From assembly GCA_951406725.2 (NCBI GenBank), contig OX597834.1:34348001-34412000 (forward strand): a DNA stretch of 64,000 bases, read 5' to 3'. The position numbers and the translations under genes are program-made. Shown piece by piece: positions 12,913 to 25,210 of the stretch (positions within the stretch are counted from its first letter, which is position 1; the number at the start of each line of letters is the position of its first letter). Source of the DNA: Octopus vulgaris. Lineage: Eukaryota. The notes beneath the pieces are model-generated. The model did no database searches. It saw only the letters and a program-made list of their open reading frames with translations, and was not told the origin of the DNA.

Positions 12913-14483
12913 ATTTGTATCTAGGGAAAAAATATTTTTATGTATTAACTTTTGAGTTAATATTGGGATAAATATTTCTTCAGAATGCTTAGAAGAATGG
13001 GTGGTGGATGCTAATTAAATGTAACCCTGCTAGTAGTAGTAGCACCAGCAGCAGCTATACACTGCTTACAATGGTTTTCATTTTAGAATACTTATGATGA
13101 CCATCAAAAAAAGTTAAATAATTGATTCTACCATATCAAAGATTCTGATTATAATATCAGAATTTTTGTAATTTGTTTCAGGCTGATTGTGATCTGATTA
13201 TGATATCACAGATCTTAAAATTTTTAATTTTCTGAGGTTGGATTATGAATAGGGTCTTTTTGTTTGCATCAGTAATTCCCTTAGTGAAAGGGAAATTGCA
13301 ACAAGAACCAAAACTTTGTCATAAATTTAGCTCACTGCTGTTCACCATGCTAAAATTTACCTACTTTTACAATTGATTCTCTTATATTGACACAAGATAA
13401 CAAAATTTAAAGGAAAGATACAGTTAAATTACTGAATCCTAGTAACATATAACAGTTACTTATTTTATTGACCCTGAAAGAGTTAAAAGTTGACTCCTAG
13501 GAGTATTTGATCTAAGGCAGTATCAGTACAGAACTAAATAAAACTGTCTAGCAATAAATCTGATTGTTCTATCATGTCTGCTATTCCATCACCAACTTTA
13601 CATTTTGAGTTCTTAGCATCATTTCTTTAAAATAATTTAGCTGGAGGAAGAAGTGCTGCATCCAAGACCTTGTTGCAGGTCTTCCAAGACTTGTGGGAAG
13701 AAGGGATAAAGTTATCTTCATATCAGAGACCTGCAAAAGAGTGGACTCTGTTAAAAGCATCCAAGGGCTAGGTGGTGGTATCAAACTAGGTGACAGATTA
13801 TGTCTGTCACCTAAGAACAGGAGTGGTCTCCCTCTCCTATGGATTTCCATATAATTTCTGATTGCCAAATTTCACTCACAAGGCTCTGGTTGTCTCAAAC
13901 CTATGATAGAAGACACTCGGTCAAGATGTCACACAGTGGGATCAAATATATAACCACGTAATTATGGGGTGAGCTTTTTTAGCCTCCTAGCATATTGTAG
14001 TTAAAGAAATAAATGCCTTGTAAACTGAGTCTAAGGTATGACTGATGAGTTGGAAACAGGTAAAACAGTAGTACCCATGGCTCTTTTTTCAGGTCTGCCA
14101 TGACTAGTGAGAGAAAGGAAGAAAATTACAATATCTTGTGTCCTCTCTCTATAACACATTGGACACATACAAAAGAAACCAATATTGATTTCTTATATGA
14201 TATAAATACTGAGAAAAACTGGTTAGCTTTTGGTATACCAATCAGTCTTTGGCAACATGACAAAGCTTGATAATCATCATAATAATGATGCATCACTTTT
14301 GTTGTCCAGTCTGTTGAGATATATATATATGTATATATATCTGATATTGGCACACAGCCACACATTTGTAGAGAAAGGCTATTGTTGATAGACTGTACCC
14401 TTCTGTATGACTAGAGAGATAAAAAGTAAAGTTAACTCCAGTGGGATTTAATTTCAGAATGAAGCTAAATACTGAAAAGAGCT

Positions 14484-14630
14484 AGCATAGCATGCTTAGC
14501 GGTATTTCATCTGCTGCTACATTCTGAGTTCAAATTCCACCGAGGTCAACTTTGTCTTTCATCCTTTTGGGGTCGATGTAATCGACTTAATCCCTTCCCC
14601 CAAATTTAAGGCCTTGTGCTTCCAGTAGGA

Positions 14631-14668
<38 letters not shown>

Positions 14669-15305
14669 GGCAATGAGCTCACAGAATTGTTAGCACATTG
14701 AGCAAAATGCTTTGCAGTATTTTATCCATTTTTATGTTCTGAGTTCAAATTTTGTAAAAGTTAACTTCATTTTTCATCCTTTCGGGGTTGGTAAAAGAAG
14801 TACCAGTTGAGCAGTGGGATAGATGTAATTGACTTAACCTAACCCTTCCTCAAAATTACTGGCCTTGTGCCTTAATTTGAAACCATTATTATTATTACAG
14901 TAAGCTGCATTTCTTCTGACATATTACATTCTGAGTTCAAATTCCTCTAAGGCCAACTTTGCTTTTCCTCCTTTCAGGGTTGACAAAATATGTACCAGTT
15001 GAACACTGGAGTCAATGTAATTTACTTACCTGCATCCCAGAAATTGTTGGCCTTGTACCTGAATTTGAAACCTAAGGTGATGAGCTGGTAGAATTGTTAG
15101 CATGCCAGGCAAAATGTTTTGTGACATTTCATCTATCTTTTTGTTCTGAGTTCAAATTCCACCAAGGTTATTTTGCGTTTTGGGGATCAATAAAATAGGT
15201 ACCCATTGTGCACTGTGGTTGATGTAATTGACTTAACCGCTTCTCCAAACTAGCTGGCCTTGTGCCAAAACTTGAAACGATTATTGTTATTGTTATTATT
15301 ATTAT
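14484..15305 (+). mobile_element. Four head-to-tail octopus-type SINE copies (family A), most ending in (ATT)n
   Basis: Repeated TTCTGAGTTCAAATTC..GGTCAACTTTG..TTTCATCCTTT.GGGGT..AAGTACCAGTTGA..GGCCTTGTGC core with a B-box-like GAGTTCAAAT. Confidence 0.85.
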
Positions 15306-15306
15306 T

Positions 15307-15995
15307 AGACAAGATGAAGAGCGCAATGTGATTGCAATAGATATTTTATTGGTTGAATGATATTTCAACAGCAAGCCTATCTTTGTTGAGTTCAAAATAA
15401 AAAGTAATAAAAATTCAAATCTAAAGTATGAACAGGAGCAACCAGTGTCCACACATTGATGGAATGACATCATCAATCTTTAAGTTTCAATTTTATAACT
15501 GGTGAAAGAAGAAGGCAGAAAAAGAGAGAAAAAAAGGAAAGAAAAAAGAAAAGGAAAAAGAAGAATATTTAATTAGTTTTGTATAAGTTTGATGATATTC
15601 TTTCAATACTCAAAATGCATGAGGAGAAATGTGTTTATGGGTTGTTAACTTCACACCCTGGAGGAATGAATAAAATGACGGGAGAATATCATCAAATTTA
15701 TACAAAACTGTTTGATTAAATATTCTTCTTTTTCCTTTTCTTTTTTCTTTCCTTTTTTCTCTCTTTTTATTTCTGTCTTTTACTTTTTGCCAGTTATAAA
15801 ATTGAAACTTAAAGACTGATGATATCATTCCATCAACGTGTGGATGTTGGTTGCTCTCATTCATACTTTAGATTTGAATTACTATAGTTTTGAATTTTTA
15901 TTACTTTTTATTTTGAACTCAACAAAGACGGGCTTGCTGTTGAAATATCATTCAACCAATAAAATAACTATTGTAATCGCATCACGCTCTTGTCT
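15307..15995. repeat. Long inverted repeat / foldback element (arms ~15307-15601 and 15683-15995, ~81-bp spacer)
   Basis: The arms are reverse complements along their length, e.g. TTTTATTGGTTGAATGATATTTCAACAGCAAGCC vs GGCTTGCTGTTGAAATATCATTCAACCAATAAAA. Confidence 0.95.
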
Positions 15996-16065
15996 GTTTA
16001 CCTTTGTAAAGAGTTACATGAATCCTTTTAAAATATAATTGTTGTTGTTATTATTATTATTATTA

Positions 16066-16278
16066 AGGCAGCGAGCTGGCAGAATCATTAGCACCCCAGG
16101 TGAAATGCTTAGCAGTATTTCATCTAACTTCACATTCTGCCGAGGTTGACTTTGCCTTTCATCCTTTTGGAGTTGATAAATTAAGTATCAGTGCAACACT
16201 GGGGCCAACATAATTGACAAGTCCCCTCTCTGAAAATTTTACACCTTGTGCCTTTAGTAGAAAGGATTATTATTATTA

Positions 16279-16322
<44 letters not shown>
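16066..16322 (+). mobile_element. SINE family A with (ATT)n tail
   Basis: Same core as 14484-15305. Confidence 0.8.
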
Positions 16323-16324
<2 letters not shown>

Positions 16325-16640
16325 GTAGGTTTTATTAATTTGAAGTTTGTAAGATTTAGTGCATATAGGAAAGAACATATTTCCATAAGATTGACTGACT
16401 AGTATTTGGTTCAGGATTTGAGGAAACAGTATAAGTGATGAGGGTCATGTCAAATTGGAAGCAGAGTATAGCCAGCAAGTTCTTATGCGACAGAAAAGGC
16501 TTGGATAGGATGTATTGTTATCAGGTAGTTGACTTCCTTCCAAAAATGGCTATGGATATCAGTGATCAAATATGTTTGAGAAAGCAAAGCCTCTTTGTGT
16601 AGCAGAAAGTATAAAGTTTCAAAGAGATTGCGAGAAATAT

Positions 16641-16835
16641 TGGTTTCAAATTTTGGCACAAGGCCAGTAATTTCAGGGGAGGATCCCAGTACTCAACTGG
16701 TACTTATTTTATTGAACTTGAAAGGATGAAAATTAAAGTTGACCATGACAGAATTTGAACTCAGAATGTAAAGACAGACAAAATGCTGCTAAGCATTTTA
16801 CCCAGTGTGCTAACAATTTTGCCAGTGCATTGCCT
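16641..16835 (-). mobile_element. SINE family A
   Basis: Reverse complement of the core: GGCACAAGGCC...GAATTTGAACTCAGAA. Confidence 0.8.
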
Positions 16836-17013
16836 CAGAGATTAACTAGAAATATTGAAGGCTGATATAATGAATGATGGCACAGAAAGGGAAATACTAT
16901 TGATTTGATTTCTCTGTTGCATTGCCTTGGAATCCTACATGTATCTAAATATGTAAAGTTAAAGAGATTAACACAAATCTGATTGATGTTGAAGTTTTGT
17001 CAGTTTCTAATAA

Positions 17014-17175
17014 TTGGTTTCAGATTTTGGCACAAGGCCAGCAATTTCAGGGAGAGGGTAAGTCAATTACATCAACCCCAGTAGTTATTTTATCATCCCC
17101 AAAAGAATGAAAGGGAAAGTCAACCTTGGTGGAATTAGAACTCAGAACATAAAGATTCTATCAGCTCACAGCCTT
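17014..17175 (-). mobile_element. SINE family A
   Basis: Reverse complement of the core. Confidence 0.75.
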
Positions 17176-17216
17176 AATTATTGGCAATATATAAAAGTGT
17201 GTGTGTATATATATAC

Positions 17217-17361
17217 ATACTTTTAGTAAAGCTGCAAAATCTTCATGAAACAGTCACTTTCATGCGTCCATTCATTGGTCAGTTGTCAACTGTCTGTCGA
17301 ATGGAAACACAAAACTCTGAGTAATAGTTTTATGAAGATTTTGTAGCTTTGATAAAAGCAT
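17217..17361. mobile_element. Small MITE-like inverted repeat
   Basis: TTTTAGTAAAGCTGCAAAATCTTCATGAAAC matches the reverse complement of GTTTTATGAAGATTTTGTAGCTTTGATAAAA at 27/31. Confidence 0.7.
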
Positions 17362-17441
17362 ATTACTCTACTTTAGGTATTCGAATACTATTTTTTTCCA
17401 CCTTATTTTCCATTTATGTGCTTGTGTGTGCATGCATATTT

Positions 17442-17472
<31 letters not shown>

Positions 17473-20442
17473 TTATATATATATATGCACACACACACAC
17501 AAGATTTCTAAAAACCATGCACATTACACTTATCAAAGATACATCATGCTAACAAATGTGAATCATGTATCAATTTCGTTAATGCAAAATGAGCTCCACT
17601 TCTACTTCATGGATGTATGTACCTTCTTCATACAACTTTGGCTAATGATAGATGCCAGTGCTAAAAATTACAGCACTGTCGTAAAAAAAGGAAACCTATC
17701 CTATCCATAGATGCATGGAAGCATGGATGTAAAACTAGGAATTTCTGTTTATTTAGCCTGTGTATGTGATAGATGTTGGAGCATGCATGTAAGCTGTTGT
17801 CATAAAATAACACACAAATGGTGCTCAGTTCTTGATACCTGTTTGTTGACAGTTATAGATGGCAGATTTATAAGGACTGCTTCCAAAGTTTTCTGTTTGT
17901 TTATCTCTTGTAAGATTAGCATTGTGGATAAAATATCATTTAAGAATTGTGCAGTGCTTGAGTGTGCATTACATGTACTTCCCTACAAAATTTATGAAAG
18001 TTGTTTGTCTTCATATAATTAAAAATTTTCTTATACTAAACATATGGCATCAAATTTATACAGAAGCTGAAATGAGACTGAATACTGTTCAAGTTTTTTT
18101 GTGAAGTATTACTGACTGTAGAATTGCGTCAGGCCAATTTCCTATAAAACTTTGACATTTTTGGGAATATGGAACTATTAAAAAAAGAATGAAAATTAAT
18201 GTCAGCATTTGTGTGTGTTTAATAGCAAACATGACACTGCTTTCCATGATGTAATTTTTTTCAATTTCAATACCTGGTCTCAGACCAAATTACTCACCAA
18301 ACAAGTACAACTCTGAAAGTAGCAACATAGTTGAAGTAGAAAATCCTTTGATAGACTATCAGGGAGCTTTCCTTCTACCCAAAACCACTCACCAAAGAGT
18401 AATATGTATTTAGTGTAGCTTCTGTGCAACTTGAACTTTAAGCTTTGAAGATGTTCAATGATGAGGCGTCTCCAAAATTTTTTGGAAGTTGTTTGATATA
18501 AGACTCTTTAATTAAGGAAAATAGGATTGCAACAATAAAATCTCTACTACTAAAAACACTAATTCTCAAGCTTATAAATTCAAAAAGAGTAGCCATTGAT
18601 TTGAATTTCTGCTTATTTCTGTATTGTTGTTTGAGGAATTACAGAAGTTGTTGAGATTGATTTTATTTGTTTTTAGGAAGGCAAAATTTTAAAAGTGAAT
18701 ATTACTTGTATTATCATTCTCATTTCTAGTAGTATTGTAAAATACTTGTTGGCTGTTGATAAAGACTTGTGTTTGTTGGGTACAAATCATTGAACTTCTG
18801 ACCAATAAACAGGTATTTTAATAAACTGACCAACTACAACTAATATCATGCTTGCTAGATTACTTTAAAATGCCACAGTTAAAACCTTTTCCATGGAATA
18901 GTTTGAAATATCTCATGTATAGTTTTTTAAGCTTCCATAGAATTGATAATCAAAATAACGTGGAAGTTTGGCTTAAAAATCCAGTTAAAAAGATGGAGAC
19001 CATTGAAACTGTTTAAAATATTCCTGACAATTGAGAGACATGGTTTCATTTCATACACTTTATTAATTGCATTGATTATTTGCCAATACATTACTTTGAA
19101 AATGTCTGATATGATGAAACTGAGATCTGGCCAAAAAAGAGACAGAGACATAGCTTAATGAAACATCATAAGAGGAAGCCTGATCATTTATACAGGTGTT
19201 AAATGGTGATTAGAGAGGCTGAGAGTTAATTGTTTCAATATTGATATCTAACAATCACAGCATCTTCAGAATTGCTGAACAAAGGATCGGCTTGAAATGA
19301 AAAGAACATAAGAATAAAAATAACAATAGAAATCTAAAGTGAAATGAGAGAAAATTAATAAATAAAAAATATATGGTAAAACACTAGTAGCAAAATTATA
19401 CATTTAGTAGACAATTGAGATTGGAGTGAAGTTTTTCTTCTGACATTCTCATTTCTAATAAATTTATTCAAAGAACAAACCAATGTCATACGACAGCACA
19501 TAGTTGTCCCTCCCTCCCTCCCTCCCATTTTTTCTCTCCATTAAAAGTAAGCTGTGGAAAGTTCAAGAAAATTCTTCATTTGATTACTCTTGATCCTTCA
19601 GATTAATTTGATATTATTCAATGATCCCTCAGAATAGATGTAACTGGTAATTTGTCTTGGTTAAAAAAAAAAAAGTGGGGGTCTATTACAATCACCTATC
19701 TCCCACTCTTCTAAATTAGACACTGATGTTAGATATAGTTACAGTTTTATAAAATGTTGGCACTAATTAATCTTGATTAGATTACAAATATACTTGCACG
19801 TTTTTTAGCTATACCAAGCTGTATTTTTAGTCTCCAAATACCATGCAGATATGATGTCACTGACATTCTCTCTTGAAGAGTGAGCTAACAAACAAAATAT
19901 CTCATTCATATATGTTTAACATACATTTCAACCTAAATAATTTGTCAAGACCATTATCTAAGAAATATTAGAAATTTGCAACAAGAAATACACAAAAACT
20001 TTCGCCAAAGAAAGCAAAAAGTTGTTGAAACATTCCAGTAAAAACACATATAAACAAAGCAAAATACTGTTAGCAATTAATTCATTGCCAAAAGGATAAA
20101 AGAAATGAAATAATGAAATGGTTTTAACAGTTCTAATTATTTTAAAAGTCAACTCAAAGAATTTGATAGAAAATTCTTCCAAATGCTTTGTATTTTACAA
20201 ACCCAAAAAAAGTAGTTAAGCAAATGTTTAAAACAAAGATAGCTTTGTGTAACATTTGAACAACTTATATTGTAAGATCAGATAGCAGTGACAAGAGAGA
20301 TTTATGTTGCAAAACAGATTTAGATATATTTCCAAACTTACATAAATTTGTCAAATTCTGAAAATATAAAAGTCAGATAGGCTAAGCAATTATTTCAATG
20401 TAAAAATGTAGATAAAATCTTACTTTTTGTTAATTATTTTTG

Positions 20443-20478
<36 letters not shown>

Positions 20479-23400
20479 GCAGTTGTTTTGGAAATCATGT
20501 GTAGCAATGTTATCTTTTTTCTTTAACAATAATAATAATCTAAAATATGCCCCTAATTAAATCAGCCAACTTCTCAGTGGTTCCCAGAATAAATTTAAGA
20601 GTTTCCAATAAAACTCAAGTCAAAAAATAATTTAGCAAAGACAGCTTTAAGCTGCTGACAAGTAAATAAGAACAACAACAATAATAGTTTCTAAAGTACC
20701 TTTGTTATTGATAAAATAACAGAACCAACTTACAATGACTAAATAGTGAAAATATTAAAGATAATTTGAGTTGCTTTACATCGATGTGATGTAAAACAGG
20801 GAACATTGGTTTAGGAATGGCTATGACTACACATCAACTCCCTGCAAAATCTCAAATTTATGTTTTTCTTGAAAGTTTTGAAGATGATTGAAAATAATTT
20901 TTAAAAAAATGTAGTAACAATTATGAAAGTAAACTTTAAAAATATAAATATCATTAAATAGAAGACAACAATTGTGGATGTTTTTGATTTTTTGTTGTTT
21001 TTCTTTTTTTGTTTTTGTTTTTGCTAGTTGCAGAAGTGTGATTAGAGTAATGCTACTCATGAATGACCAACCCGTACTAACTAGATACTATATAGGAAAG
21101 TAGCAATAGAAGATAACAGTTAATTAATAGGGCCCACTCCATATATATATATGTGCCACTGAAGACTAGTGGCAATGGAGAAATTTGCAAACAGGAGCTT
21201 GCGAGAAGAAACTAAGAGTACAACTTCTGGTGGGGGTCAGTACGTAGAATCTAATACGCCATATCAAAATATTTACAACTCTGTCACAACATTAAGTTTC
21301 CCCAAAGTTATTCATTAATGTACCAGCCACTGATGAATGTCTGAGGAGACCAGTGATGAGCACACTTTTTTCATTTTTTTTTGTGTTTCAATTTAGAGGT
21401 ACATCTATACATATACACACACACACACACACACCTCACATGCATACATACAGACAATCATCCACTTCTATAGGCAGGCAGCAACCATTTTACATACACA
21501 CTTTGAATCATGTCAACAAGTGATGAGAAAAGTACGATAAAAAGCAGTCAATTATTGTGCTTATATGGAGGACTAACTAAAAGAAATTGTCAGTCCTGGG
21601 TGCTAAAGCTCAATTCTTTCACTTGCAGAAAAACACAACTACAGTCAGTGATTTGAAAACTTTTTTGATCAATGAGAATAAATAATTTTAGTGTGGAAAA
21701 ATTTCTCACAGCCAACAAAGAGGATCTTCATAAAAATGTTAAAACAATTATAATTTGCTTTTATCTGTTTTTTTAAAATTATTTTTTTTTAGAAAAAAAA
21801 ACGAAAACTGAGTGCTTTTTTTTTTTCTTTTTGTTTGGTCTCATAGAGTTGTTTATGTTGCAGTCTGAATTAGTTGCACCGTGCAGTCTGCTGCTGTCAT
21901 AGTTACAACCCTATACTATTCAAGGAGTCAAAACAGACAACTTATTAGATAGAAAACATCTCAGAATTTTTCTTTCTTTTCTTTTTCTTTTTTTCTTGGA
22001 AGTGGTTGGTGCTTTTTAGCTCAATATTTCAGTTGTCTGAAGAATGGTGCATCTCCAAGCAGTCTTTTGACAACACTAAGGTTGGTGATATGAAGTTTTA
22101 AGAATAGTTCAAATGGAGGAATATGTTGCAACTCAAGTTGTTTTGAAGAATTTGGAATTCCAAAGGAAACTTGCAAAGTATCAATATGTAGTTAGACACA
22201 GCCTTGAACAAGTCTGTGATGTGACAATGTTAAAATGATTTGATACTTTTAACTTCAAGAATGGTGGGAGAGAGAGGAAATGTGATGATAACCATAATAA
22301 TGGTTGATTTACCCTCAAATGTTAAAAAAAAAATGTTTTTAATAATGTTAATTGGCCAAAATTTGTCACTGATATGACTAACAAAACATTGTGTTATTGT
22401 TGGCACAAAGAAATGGTTGTTTTTTTTTCTTTCTTTTTTCTTTTGTTATATTTGAGGCAACAGAATTGTATTATCAAACTAATGCTAAAAGGGAGGGAGC
22501 TAGGTAGAGTGGAAGATATTTTGGCAGTCTGTCTTCCAGTTGTAAAATGTAATTTGGTTTCAATAAAGTTGGTTAGCAGCCATTGGAAGCATTTGAATTC
22601 CATTAAGTCGCCAACAGGTTTCAGATGCTGAGGAGGGTGGGGAGGGACTTTCTTCTGAAACTACACTAATTGACACCCCACCACACACACAATGACCTGG
22701 TTGAAGTATTAATTCATCCAGTGAAGATAACTTACAAAATATTAAATAACGGATGTTACTGTTAAGTCTTTAGCTGCTGCATGGAACTGGAAATAAATCA
22801 AAGAGGTCATTAAACAAATAACTGACATTACAAACAAAATATATGGAGCTCACTAATTGTAAAAGTATTTAATAAATTAGTACATCAAGTTTTCTGATTG
22901 GAGTGAGTTATCCACAGAGTTAAATCACACCTTTTACAAGCTGTATCCAGTCAAATAACTGAGATTTAAAAAAATTCAACAATAACAAAAACATAAATAA
23001 AATAAAAACACACATACACACATATTAGAAAGTAAAAAAAACAACAACTTTGTACACTGAAAACATTTTGTTTGAAGCTCTCTTCCCCCCCTTTATTTGT
23101 TTTCTTAGTTGTGAATTTCAGTTGAAATATCAGTCTTTGTGACATACTATTCAATTCTGCAGATACATATATTTGTGGGCAGCAAGTGTAAAGAGTAAGA
23201 TATATATATATATATATACATACATATATATATACATACATACATAAAGAGAGATAGAAAGAGAGAGAGAGATGGGGGTTAGAAAACAGAAGTTATTATA
23301 ATCAGTGAGAAATGCACAGCGGCAAGTTGAGGCACAAAAACACTAAAATAGCAAACATGAATAATGAGCAAAAGAAAATTGAGATAACAGTTTTAATGGG

Positions 23401-24049
23401 AGGTGAACAATAAACACAGAAATAACAGACGTTGACAAAAATATTGACCATTAACATTCGACTTAACAGTCAACAGAAATATCTAGATCTTTAAAAAAAA
23501 TCTTAGTATTACTTCATAGTCAAAATCTACAGCTATTTTAGGAAGCTGTCAATTTAATTTGATAAACTTTGTAGAAATTTAATGAATAAATTGTTTCATT
23601 ATAGAAATTCACAATGAATAACGTATTTTTTTAATATTGTTATTCAGAGACAAACTCTGAAAATATCAAAGTCAATTAATACAACAAATTCTAATGGTTG
23701 TATAAAGTTCCCCCATAATTTTTGTAGCATATGAATAAATGTCAAAATCTGTTATAATTAGCTAAATCAGAAGAAGCAAATGAAATTTCAGTGAAACCTC
23801 AGAGAATATTCAACAAGATGAAGCTGGAATCATTTGATTTAGGCATTTAAAGAACAAGAGAGAAGAAAAAAAATAAAAAGGTATAGTTTCGGGGGTTTTA
23901 ACTTTCTAGAAATAGGCCACATGATGGTTTAATTAATTAGTAAACCTTAACACTGTTTTATCAGGTACACCTGAATAGTCAGAACCATCTTGACTGCAAT
24001 ATCTATACTTTTATTAAAAGTAGTAGTAGTAGTAATAGTAGTAGTAATA

Positions 24050-24625
24050 ATAATTTCTCACATCGGCATGAAGTTTGAAATTTTTAAGGATGGAACAATG
24101 GAAAGTTGTGACAATCATGCCTTTCTCAAGAGCATCAGTGACATAAGTGAAATAAAATGGTTCTAAATGAGAAGGAAACCAGAGTTACTGGCTTGTTTCT
24201 CAGAGAACTTATCACTGTACTGTGCTGCCTGCTACGATATGTTTCTTAACATAGGAGGGCTTGAAGCCTGAGATTTTTATAGGGGTGGGGGTGAAAATAA
24301 GTTCTACATGCTTTTCCAAAGGTATTAGTGACATAGATGAAATAGCTGCAACCGGGAATTGAAACCAGGTTCAGAGTATACTTGAGTTTACCTCTAGTTT
24401 ATGGCACTTGTCTGCCATCATGTATACAATGAGTTAATGTTTCTACTGAATCACACAGTCACATATTTAAAGAGGAAAGGGAATGAAACTGTGTGATGTT
24501 CATGCCTTTTTCAAAGGCATTAGTGACTAATGTAAAGTGAATCAGATCCAACTAGGAATTGAAACTGGGTCGCAGGATTCGGTTTGCTGAGAGCTTACCT
24601 CTAGTCTACAGTAGTTTCCTGTCAC
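24050..24625 (-). mobile_element. Three tandem tRNA-derived SINE-like units (~192-bp period)
   Basis: CATGC(C/T)TTT..CAA...CA(T/C)TAGTGAC recurs at 24116, ~24308 and 24501. The minus strand has a tRNA-like head (GTAGACTAGAGGTAAG...GTTTCAATTCC). Confidence 0.6.
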
Positions 24626-25164
24626 AATATATAATAGTAATCACACCAAACCAAAAATTATTAGCAGCACCAGTATTCATGGGTGGTAATATAACCCTTT
24701 ATGAGAGGTTTTAACATGTATAATAATAGTTCACACTGGACTAATTCATTGAATGTCAGTACCAGTAAAAACAAATTCGGTATAATAGAAAGAGTTTTTT
24801 TTCTTTTGTTTTGTATTTTGTTGTGAAAAAGTGAAAAATATGTAAATCTTGTTCCATTTAAGTTTCCATATTTTCCTATTTCCAAAATCAAAATGTAGAA
24901 CACCTTAGGAATACTGTAAACATTTCTGTACATCAAAAGAAATTATTATTATCACTGTGATGTTCTTAAAGATTGAGGTCTTTGTATACATTTATGCCAG
25001 ATTCATGACAATAACACCCATTAGCTCCCTTCAGGCCTTAATTTAGCTGCAGTTAAGAACCCAAAGGGTAAAAACCAATTTGTTTGTTTTATTTTCCTGT
25101 TGGAATATGAAGAGGACGTTGTCGTTTAAATTTTTATCCAACATCAACAACAACAAATATGATG

Positions 25165-25210
<46 letters not shown>

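Noticed and set aside
13094-13148. C/D box snoRNA candidate (ATGATGA...CTGA)
   Set aside because: No convincing terminal stem or recognisable rRNA antisense element; such motifs are common in AT-rich DNA.
14042-14075. CUGAUGA..GAAAC hammerhead-like string
   Set aside because: There is no stem II or proper stem I, and it resembles a SINE 3' segment.
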